A stretch of 64,000 nucleotides of DNA from contig CAWEMM010000012.1 of NCBI GenBank assembly GCA_963810095.1, positions 288,001-352,000 on the forward strand, in the 5' to 3' direction. Both the position numbers and the translations under genes were made by a program. Below are positions 50,071-58,778 of the stretch, piece after piece. Source of the DNA: an uncultured Chloroflexia bacterium (GTDB taxonomy: Bacteria; Chloroflexota; Anaerolineae; CG2-30-64-16). Position 1 is the stretch's first letter. The number at the start of each line of letters is the position of its first letter. Below the pieces are notes generated by a model. It was not told the DNA's origin, did not search any database, and saw only the letters and a list, made by a program, of their open reading frames with translations.

Positions 50071-50084
50071 TGAAACCGGTTTCA
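50071..50084. promoter_or_regulatory. LacI operator
   Basis: Perfect palindrome TGAAACCGGTTTCA, 3 nt upstream of the LacI start codon. Confidence 0.8.
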
Positions 50085-50144
50085 AGATTTAGGGTGAGGA
50101 TACCAGTGAGACAGCTGAATGTCAAATCGGCTATAATAGATGTC

Positions 50145-50426
50145 ATGTCAGAGCCTAATTCGACCGAGAGTGACGTGGCCCGCTGGCACAGGCTGAGCGG
50201 GCTGCCCGACAACGTGACCGACGACGGCGACGTGGTAGCGCCAGACCCGGGCCGCCGAACGCAATCCGAGAAGGCGCAGCTGCGTGCAGCTATCGCGCGC
50301 GTGCGTGACGAGCACCCTTCTGTCGAGGCGCGAAACCTGGCCCGCCTCGCCGCGTCGTACCTGCTGGCGGGCGATATCGAGACGGCTCGGCGCTACCTTG
50401 ATCGCGCCCTGATGCTGCGAGAATAG
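50145..50426 (+). CDS. Small hypothetical protein with a C-terminal TPR-like helix pair, probably leaderless
   Basis: TATAAT at 50132-50137, 7 nt before ATG. LAASYLLAGDIETARRYLDRAL resembles a TPR motif. Confidence 0.6.
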   Translation: MSEPNSTESDVARWHRLSGLPDNVTDDGDVVAPDPGRRTQSEKAQLRAAIARVRDEHPSVEARNLARLAASYLLAGDIETARRYLDRALMLRE

Positions 50427-50551
50427 CACTCGCCCTTCGCGCCGCTAGGACAAAAGGAGTACGACACCTCGCAGGTCCTTGCCGTTTTGCCCTCCCCAGA
50501 CGCGTCCTCTGTCCGATGACCGCCCCGGCCCATCGTGCTACCATATCCGAT

Positions 50552-51172
50552 ATGGCACTGTACGAAGAAAAGGCCCTGATTGATGCTGCCCAGGCGGGCG
50601 ATCTGACAGCCTTTAATGAGCTGGTCACGAACTATCAAGACCAGGCTTTCAGCGTTGCCTACCGGCTGTTGAGCGACTCTGAAGCGGCTGCCGATGCCGT
50701 GCAAGAGAGCTTCCTCAAGGTCTACCGGCGTATTGACCAGTACCGGGGCGGCTCGTTCCGGGCATGGGTGCTGCGCATTGTGACGAACAGCTGCTATGAC
50801 ACGTTGCGCGTGAGCAAGCGCCACTATGCCAGCCGGCTCGACAGCGAGACCGTGCCGCCCGACCGCGACCGGCGCTTGAGCGACCCGCGTTCCTCGCCGC
50901 ACGATCACGCGGTCCGCGGCGAACTCAACTTGCTCCTTAGGCGCGCAATCATGCAGTTGCCCCCCGGCCAACGGATCGTGCTGGTGATGTGCGATATCGA
51001 GGGGTTCGAATACCACGAGGTCGCCGACATGACCGGGCTCGCGCTGGGCACAGTCAAGTCGCGGTTGAGCCGCGCTCGGACGAAAGTCCGCGGGGTGCTC
51101 GTGCAAAAGGGTTTTTCCCCAAGCGTTCCCCCTCACAGGGATCACGTCGTCGCATACTCGACGTCTGTCTGA
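50552..51172 (+). CDS. ECF RNA polymerase sigma factor
   Basis: Region 2 GDLTAFNELV...AADAVQESFLK...FRAWVLRI.TN and region 4 LPPGQR...EG.EY.EVA...GTVKSRLSRAR. Confidence 0.95.
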   Translation: MALYEEKALIDAAQAGDLTAFNELVTNYQDQAFSVAYRLLSDSEAAADAVQESFLKVYRRIDQYRGGSFRAWVLRIVTNSCYDTLRVSKRHYASRLDSETVPPDRDRRLSDPRSSPHDHAVRGELNLLLRRAIMQLPPGQRIVLVMCDIEGFEYHEVADMTGLALGTVKSRLSRARTKVRGVLVQKGFSPSVPPHRDHVVAYSTSV

Positions 51173-51192
51173 GACCGTTAACTTAGCCCCTC

Positions 51193-51221
51193 TTGCCCCA
51201 ACGCCGGTGCATGCGTATAAT
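51193..51221 (+). promoter_or_regulatory. Sigma70-type promoter for the SBP-sensor operon
   Basis: TTGCCC-N17-TATAAT. Confidence 0.65.
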
Positions 51222-51307
51222 GGTGCGTATTGAACCACAAAAGGCGGGTAAGACTTGCACAAGCCTGGCGCAAAGCAGTCCCTCCGCTGACAGGTAGGTA
51301 GAGGCCA

Positions 51308-52678
51308 ATGGCATCACGAATGTCACGACGTGTCTTCTTGCGAGTAGCTGGCAGCCTCGCAGGCGCTGCAGCGTTGGCTGCTTGTGCACCGGCAGCAAAA
51401 CAGGGTGCGGGACCCCATGGCAGCCCGGTCGTCCAGCTGGTGTACCAGGACTGGCGGACGGACTACTTCGCGGCGATGGCACAACGGATGTTGGAAGAGT
51501 TTCACGCCAAGCACCCGAATATCCACGTCTTCTACACGCCCGACCCTCCGGACCTCACGGACAAGATGATGACGGACTTTCAGGCTGAAAGTGCGCCGGA
51601 CGTGTTCGCGGGGTGCTGTGACTTCTTTCCGATCTGGGCGCAAAACGGTTACCTGCTCGACCTGCGGCCATACGTCCAGGCCGAGCTCAAGCCAGAGGAT
51701 CTCAACGATTGGGACGGCGCGCAGTACCGGTCGCTCCAGCTGCGAGACGGGACTCAATACGGACTGCCCAAGTACCACGGCGCGCTCGCGCTTTACTACA
51801 ACAAGGACTTGTTCGACCAGTTCAAGGTGCCCTATCCCGAGTCATCCTGGACGCACTTCGACTATCAGACGGCCGTAACCAAATTCGTGCAGCCGCGGAG
51901 CGATGGGGCGCAAAGCCAAATATGGGGCAGCATGTTCGACGTGAGCTGGGACCGCATCCAGGCTCATGTCAACGGTTGGGGCGGCCATTTCGTCGATCCG
52001 AACGACCCGAAGAAGAGCTTCATCGGCCGGGCCCCCGCGCTTGACGCGATGCAGTGGCTGCGAAACCGGATGTGGGAAGACCATGCTATGGCCAGCCGCC
52101 TGGACGTGCAGAACCTCAGCGTGACGGAGGCGTTCCAGCGCGGCCGCCTCGCCATGGTCGAAGACGGATCATGGTCGCTCAAGACTATCCTGGATAACGC
52201 GAAGTTCCGGGTGGGGGTGGCCGTCTTCCCGGCCGGCCCCGCGGGCCGGGTTACGATCGGCACGACGGATGGCTTTGGCATTTACAAGGGCACTCGCTAC
52301 CCGGAGGCAGCCTGGGAATTCATGAAGTTCCTGGTCAGCTCGCGTTACGGCCGCGCGATGTCACAGGCCCACCTGCTCCAGCCGGCGCGCGCCAGCCTTG
52401 TCGATAGCTGGATTGCGGACGTTCGGGAACAGTATCCCGAAAAGGCGAAGGAGATGGACCTGGGCGCGTTCGCGCAAGGGCATCTGCAGGGCTTCAGCGT
52501 GACCCCCGAGATATTCGAGAAGCAGGAGGAAGCGCGGCAGCTGGCCTCAAGCGCGTGGGAACAGATTTTCACCCTGGGACGCAAGCCGGTTTCCTACATG
52601 CGCGAGATATCCGACCAGATCGAGGCGGCCCAGGCGGCCCCACAGAAGGCCAAGGAGGGGGGCGGCAGTGGGAGCTAA
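51308..52678 (+). CDS. Family-1 extracellular solute-binding lipoprotein with Tat signal; no cognate permease nearby
   Basis: SRRVFL...LAAC signal, F..KHPNI.V, APDV, YGLP, LYYNKDLF, F..GRLAM..DGSW and AAWEFMKFL. Confidence 0.92.
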   Translation: MASRMSRRVFLRVAGSLAGAAALAACAPAAKQGAGPHGSPVVQLVYQDWRTDYFAAMAQRMLEEFHAKHPNIHVFYTPDPPDLTDKMMTDFQAESAPDVFAGCCDFFPIWAQNGYLLDLRPYVQAELKPEDLNDWDGAQYRSLQLRDGTQYGLPKYHGALALYYNKDLFDQFKVPYPESSWTHFDYQTAVTKFVQPRSDGAQSQIWGSMFDVSWDRIQAHVNGWGGHFVDPNDPKKSFIGRAPALDAMQWLRNRMWEDHAMASRLDVQNLSVTEAFQRGRLAMVEDGSWSLKTILDNAKFRVGVAVFPAGPAGRVTIGTTDGFGIYKGTRYPEAAWEFMKFLVSSRYGRAMSQAHLLQPARASLVDSWIADVREQYPEKAKEMDLGAFAQGHLQGFSVTPEIFEKQEEARQLASSAWEQIFTLGRKPVSYMREISDQIEAAQAAPQKAKEGGGSGS

Positions 52679-54441
52679 GGGCGTCTGGCGCCGTTGGCGG
52701 GCTGTGATTATTGCCAGCGCAGTCCTGCTGACGCTGGTCGGTCTGCTGGCCGGCGCGCTGTTCGCTCAGTCATCCTACCGGGCCGCCGCGGCCCAGTCCA
52801 TCATGCAGCGAGACCGCCAGGTCGCCCTGCTGACTGCCGTTCGCCTGAGCGACGAGTTGGAGAAGCTGGCCGGCGAGCTGGAACCCACCGCGCGGGCCCA
52901 GAGCCTGGTTCTTGGGCTGACCGACAGGCAGCGCCTGGCCCTGCGGGGTCAGAGCGAGCGCCTAAGCGTATTCGACGGCGGGGTTATCTTAATGGACAGC
53001 ACCGGGCGGGTGCGCGCGACTGTGCCCGAACGCTGGGACATCATGAGCTCGGACTGGTCGAATCAGGAGTTCTTCAGGAACATGCTGGTCGGCCAGCCGC
53101 CCGCACAGTACTTCTCGTCGATTCTTAACGTCGGGCCGGATAACTCGCCGGTGGTGGTGGTCAGCGTTCCCGTGTTGGGTGACAACGGGGAGCTGGCCGG
53201 CGTGCTCGCAGGGCTCTTCCGCCTGGGCGAGTCGCGCATTCAGCGCGTTTTATGCCAGCATCGTCCGGCTGCGGCTGCTGGGAAGCGGGAACACCTTCAT
53301 CGTCGACAAGGCCGGCCACATCATCTACGACTCGGGCTATCAGCGCACCGGACAGACGATCGACTTATCAGCCGTGAAGGCGGCGGCATCTGCGGCGGAC
53401 CCCCGGCCCAGCCTCGACGCAGAAGGGAATGAGGTCGTCTATTCCATTGCACCGGTGCCCGGCACAGACTGGTCATTGGTCACCGAGACCGATTGGGTCG
53501 AAGCGATGGCCCCGGTCCAGCGGTTCGGCACGGGCATCATCGTCCTGCTGGCGCTCGGCATGGTTGTTCCCACCGTGGGCGTGGCCTTGCTCGCCCGCGG
53601 CCAGCGATCGGCTGTAGGCGACGCGGACCAGGCGGCGGTCGAGGCGCGGGTGGGAAAGGCTATGCGTGACCGGCTCCTGCCGCATTTCACCCCTATGGTG
53701 GGCGGATGGGAAGTGGCCGCGCACCACCAACCCGCAGCAAATGGGGCAACGGCCCGCGACTTGTACGATTTCATGCTGCTGCCCGACGGCCGCCTGATGA
53801 TTTCGCTCGCCACAGTGGCCGACCAGGGCCTCTCGGCCGTGCACTTGATGACCACCGCCCGCGCGGCATTCCGGACCGCCGCCTGCCGCACGCAGTCGGC
53901 CGGCCAGGCGATGTCGCTGTGTAACAACCTGCTGTGTCCCGATGTCGGGCCCAGCGCGGCGATCACGTCGCTCTTTGCGCTGCTCGATCCCATGTCAGGG
54001 CGCCTGCAAGTTGCGAACGCGGGCTTCTGTGCGCCGTTCCGCTGGGTCGAGGGCGAGCTGATCGAGATGCGCGAGGGACCCGACTTTCTGGGCCAGTCGC
54101 TCGACGTGGAATTCGATCACGATGATGTGCTGGTGGGGCCGGGAGATACGGTCATCTTCTACAGCCCGGGCGCGCTGGGCGTGCGGCCTGAGACCGGCGA
54201 CCCGTTCGGTCCCGAGCGCGTGCGGCGGGTGTTGAATACGACGGGTGCCATGACAGCGCAGGCCATCGTGGAAGCGCTGCGGATGGACCTGGTCGAGTTC
54301 GCCGATGCGCGCTCTCGGCGGCAACTGGACATTACGTTCCTGGCGCTTTCGCGGCCGGCGGGCGCCGCACCGTCGCAGAAGCCTAAGCGCTCGCTGCGCG
54401 ACGAGTTGCGGGCACTGGGCGAAACAGACACGGACCTGTAG
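52668..54441 (+). CDS. Membrane sensor with extracytoplasmic Cache domain and SpoIIE/PP2C-like domain with degenerate metal ligands; frameshift near 53245
   Basis: TM1, then Cache motifs DWSNQEFF, VVVVSVPV, FIVDKAGHIIY and VPGTDWSLV, then TM2. Cytoplasmic part has RLLP, DLYDF, LDP..G.L.VANAG, L.PGD...FYS.G, GDPFG.ER and DIT. Confidence 0.85.
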
Positions 54442-54443
54442 CC

Positions 54444-56063
54444 ATGCGCACGCGTGCCCAAGTTCTCGAGCGCATCAGCCGGATCCTGACCCTGGCGGCC
54501 TTTGGGGTTGCGACGCTGAGCGTGATCGTCGCGCCCATGCTGGCGCTGTCCTGGTCCAACCGCCCCTTTCCCGGCTTCCTGATGGATCAGAACCTGGTTG
54601 CGACAGATCAGGGGGGCCAGGGCTGGCCCGGGCGCGCTGCCGGGATCAGTTTCCCTCAAAGGGTTACGCGCATCGGCGGGAGTGGCGTCGCCAACGACGC
54701 CGAGTATGTCGCCGCGCTCAAGGCGCTGGAGGTGGGCGACGTCGCGTCCATCTCGACGACCTCCCGCGACGGCAACAGCCGCTACTTCCCCTCGGTCGGC
54801 CTGATCGCCTTCCCGCGCACCGACCTCCTGCGGCTTTTTTGGATGCCCTACCTGATGGGCATCGCTTATCTGAGCATTGGGGCATGGATCTACCGCGCCC
54901 GCGGCGCCACGCCGCCGGGCCGCGCCCTCGCCTTTTTCTGCTTTGCCGCGGCTGTGGCCCAAGCCCTGTTTTTCGACATTTCTTCGACGCATGTCGGAAC
55001 CCCTATTTGGGCAATTGCGATCGCAGCGCTCGGCGGCTCGCTGCTGAGCCTCGCCATGCGGTTCCCGCAGGAGGCGCGCATCGTGCAACGCTTCCCCGGC
55101 CTACTCGGCGTGCCCTACCTGGTGTCGATCGTCATTGGGGTTTGGGCGGCCGTCTCCCTGTACGACACGGCTCACCCGTGGGAGTACCTCGTCGCGCGCG
55201 ACGTATCCTACCGGTACACGGGGATTGGCGGCATCCTGTTCCTGGGCACCATGTTCTTCCGCGCATTCCAGGGTCGCGAAGCGACGGTCCGAAGGCAGGC
55301 CCGCATCGTCCTCCTCGGCAGTGCGATCGCCTTCCTTCCGATCATCATCTGGATCATGACACCGGTTTTTGGCTTGCGACTGCACTTCGAGCCCGCACTG
55401 TACATGCCGTGGCTGGTCATCTTCCCGTTTAGCGTGGCTATTGCCATCTTCCGCTACCGCTTGCTCGAGATGGACGCCATCGTCAACCGGACCATCATGT
55501 GGGGCATGCTGACCGCGGTGCTCGCCGGACTGATCAGCGTCAGCATCACGGTGCTGCAGAAGATCTTCCAGGCCGCGACAGGCGAGAAGAGCGATGTGGC
55601 GGTGGTCCTGACTTCATTGATCCTGGTATCTGTGTTTACGCCCGTCAAGACACGCCTCCAGGCATTCCTCGACCGCACCTTCAAGGACTCGCCCGAGCAC
55701 ATCAAGACGCTGCGCGAGTTCGGCGGCGAGGTCCGGTCCTACGTCCAGATGAGCGATCGCATGCTGATGACCAAGCGGCTGCTCGACGAAGCCGCGACGG
55801 GCATGGGGGCTCAGTGCGGCGCGATCACGATGACCGAGAACGGCAACGGCCGGCTGGAGACGCTGCATACGTTCGGTAAGTGGCGCGGCGAGGCGTGGGT
55901 GGCGGCGCCGCTGGAGTATGACGGGAAACGCTTCGGTCTCCTGCTCCTTGGCCCTCGGGAAGGGCTGCGTCCGTACACTCGCGAGGAGTTCGCGGCCCTC
56001 CAGGGCGCCGCCAGCGAGGTCGCACACGCACTCGCGGTGGACAAGACCGAGCGAGGCCACTAG
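54444..56063 (+). CDS. Polytopic membrane sensor-like protein (PDZ-like loop, multiple TM helices, GAF-like domain) without transmitter domain
   Basis: RPFPGFL and a PDZ-like segment, TM bundle ending AIFRYRLLEMD.IVNRT, and GAF-like PLEYDGKRFGLLLLGPR...Y..EE. The stop follows immediately. Confidence 0.8.
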   Translation: MRTRAQVLERISRILTLAAFGVATLSVIVAPMLALSWSNRPFPGFLMDQNLVATDQGGQGWPGRAAGISFPQRVTRIGGSGVANDAEYVAALKALEVGDVASISTTSRDGNSRYFPSVGLIAFPRTDLLRLFWMPYLMGIAYLSIGAWIYRARGATPPGRALAFFCFAAAVAQALFFDISSTHVGTPIWAIAIAALGGSLLSLAMRFPQEARIVQRFPGLLGVPYLVSIVIGVWAAVSLYDTAHPWEYLVARDVSYRYTGIGGILFLGTMFFRAFQGREATVRRQARIVLLGSAIAFLPIIIWIMTPVFGLRLHFEPALYMPWLVIFPFSVAIAIFRYRLLEMDAIVNRTIMWGMLTAVLAGLISVSITVLQKIFQAATGEKSDVAVVLTSLILVSVFTPVKTRLQAFLDRTFKDSPEHIKTLREFGGEVRSYVQMSDRMLMTKRLLDEAATGMGAQCGAITMTENGNGRLETLHTFGKWRGEAWVAAPLEYDGKRFGLLLLGPREGLRPYTREEFAALQGAASEVAHALAVDKTERGH

Positions 56064-56310
56064 AAACAAAAACCAGGTCTCCTCCGGGATACCTGGTTTC
56101 TTTGTGGTCAGCGACCCGACTAATTAGGACCCTGATTGAACGGATCGGACTGATTATCACGATCTTTGCCAAAGGACAGTGCAGATTAGTTCAATCAGTT
56201 GTATCGGCGTCCCATTTTAGATCAGTCTAAGTACAAACAAAGTGAAACTGCTGGATGCCGGCGCTCCTTCGACTTCGCTCCGTCAGGGGCCGCAGTCGAA
56301 GGACGCCGGG
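56064..56310. repeat. Mosaic of palindromic repeats between convergent genes
   Basis: AAACCAGGT...ACCTGGTTT hairpin, family-B copy at about 56125-56212 with its own inverted arm, and CCTTCGACT...AGTCGAAGG hairpin at about 56266-56302. Confidence 0.7.
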
Positions 56311-56338
56311 ACATCGCGCACTTTCTCCTTGGTTGTCC

Positions 56339-58701
56339 TTAGCGCAGCACCACGGTGACCTCAACCTGTGACTCGGCGAAGGGCACGACGTCGCCCGCGA
56401 TGGGTTGGCCGTTAACCTCAAGCGACACCGCGTTCCCCGGACCCTCCCGAACCACCCGGATTACGTAAAGCACGCCTCGGAAGACGCGGCGGGCGGTGAA
56501 GCCAGGCCAAGCGGAGGGAATGACCGGCGCGACACGCAGCCCGCGGTAGGTGGGGCGGATGCCGAGGATCCACTGGGTCGCGGCGACGTAGGTCCAGGCC
56601 GCCGTGCCGGTAAGCCACGAGTTGCGCCCCCTACCCGCATGCTGGTGTTCAGGGGCCGCGATATTCTGGCAGTAGACGTACGGCTCGGTGAGCAGCGTAT
56701 CCGCATCCGTCCGGGCGAGGGGCAGAATCTGGCGGTAATACTGATAGGCCAGCTCGCCCTTGCCAAGCTGGGCCGCAGCAACGACGGCCCAGGAGTTCGC
56801 GTGGCAGAAAATACCGCCGTTCTCCTTCACTCCCGGCGGATAGGTGGTCGTGCCGCGCACCCGCTCATCATAGCCGGCGTAGGCCGGCGCCATGAGGCGC
56901 AGCCCGTACTGGCAGTTGAGCTGGTCATGGGCGGCGGCCATGCCCTGCTCGGCGCGCACGCGGTCCAGCTCGCCGATGACGGCCCAGGTCTGCGGGTTGA
57001 GGCTGATACGGTGCTGTTCCGCCGCGGCCACGCCGACCGGAGCGCCCGCATCGTCGTAGGCCCGCAGATAATACCCGCCATCCCAACCGTGCTGCTCCAC
57101 AGCGGCGGCCATCTCCCGGTAGGCGCCGGCAAGCCGCTCGGCATCTGCCGTCCGGCCGAGGTGCGCGGCGAGCTCGGAGAAATCGAGCGCCGCCCGGCAG
57201 AACTGCTGCCCCGTCCACACGCTCTCGGCCCGCCCACTGCCGTGGTCGAGGTTCATCGTGTCGTCCCAGTCGGCGAACCCGAGGCGGGGCAGCCCGTGCG
57301 GCCCAAGGTGCTCGAGCGTGAACGCCACCGCCCGCTCCATGTGCGCCCACACCGGCTCTTCACCCGCGTCCTGGTAAGGCAGCCCCTCGTCAAGGAATCC
57401 GAAGTCGCCGGTCTCCTTCAGATAGCTGCACGTCGCAATCACCAGCCATAGGTGGTCGTCGCTAAACCACTGCGGCCACTGGGGGAACTCGCCTGCAAGG
57501 CCCGGCCCGCCTTCGCCCGTCAGCGGGAACACCTGGTGCCAGGCATGACCGCCGGCGAACTGGAGCTGCCACAGCATCCGCAGCACCCCCTTGGCATGCT
57601 CGGGCGCGTTATGGACCGTGCCCAGCGTGTCCTGCGCCGAGTCGCGCGTGCCCATGCCTCGGCCCAGTCCCGTGTCATAGCCGGAGGCGAAACGAGACCA
57701 GAACAGGTTGGCTCGGCACTGGATGGGGTTCCAGACGTTCACCATCGCCTGCATCTCGGCATCGGGCAACTCGACGGTGAACGCGTCGAGGTAGCGGTCC
57801 CAATCCGTGCCAAGCGCAGCATAGGCGTCGCCAACAGCTTGCTTTTCGCTGTAGCGCCCTACTGCCACCGGGATCGCCGCCGGCTCGTCGGTCACGCCGA
57901 GGATGTAGATGATTTCTCGCTCCTCGCCCGGGTCCAACTCCCACCTGTGCACCAGGCACCCGATATTGTTGCCGCGGGCGCGAGGGAATTGCCCGCCCTG
58001 CCGGCCTCGACGACCTGGGGGTTCGCTAGGCTGCGGCCGCGGCCAACGAACGCCTCCCGGTCGGTCTCAAACCCGCTGTACGGCTCGGAGGCGCCCAGGA
58101 AGCTGCGGGTGGGCCGGAAGATTGCGCCCGCCGCCAGATGGCACGGCCCGGCCTCAGAGAACATGATCTGCTGGGCCCAATCGAGGTTTTGCTGGTCCGT
58201 GATGGCGTCCCAGTACCCGAACTCGGCATACGAGAAGGCCGCCAGCCGCCGGGTCCGGTCTGAGAGGTTGCGTAAGCGCAGCACCCACAGCTCGCACGCC
58301 GCGCCGGCGGGCTGGTCGGGCGGGACGAAGTACAGGAGATCCGCACGGATGCCCCCGTACTCGCTGCCGATGCGGGTATAGCCCGCGCCGTGGCGGGACT
58401 CGTACGCGTCAAGCCGCACCTGCGGCATCGGCTGCCACGTGGGGCTCCAGTAGGCGCCAGAGTCGCGGTCGCGGAGGTAAATGTAGCGGCCGGGTTGGTC
58501 GGCGGGGATCGAGTTGTAACGGTAGCGGGTCACCCGGCGGTTGCGCGGGTCGCGATCGAACGAGTAGCCACCCGCGGTGTTGGAGATGATCCCGCCGTAG
58601 CCGCCCTGCCCCAGATAGTTCAGCCACGGCGTAGGGGTGTCGGGCCGGGTAATCACATATTCGCGGCGCGCCGCGTCATAGTAGCCGTAGGGATTTGACA
58701 T
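56339..58701 (-). CDS. GH94 glycoside phosphorylase (chitobiose-phosphorylase-like), frameshift near 57960
   Basis: REYVIT.PDTPTPWLNYLG, GRGMGTRDSAQD, FSDDHLWL, ADWDD, GVKENGGIFCH, EPYVYCQ and WLTGTAAW. Confidence 0.9.
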
Positions 58702-58778
58702 CGGAGTCCTCGGAGGGCGCTACGGCTTGCGCGATGCAGTCTTCAGACTCGTCTGACATCGCGCAAGTCGCGGTCGGG

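Noticed and set aside
8450-56180. Integrated element bounded by att-like direct repeats
   Set aside because: No integrase, tRNA target, phage or conjugation genes, and the content looks like ordinary chromosome.
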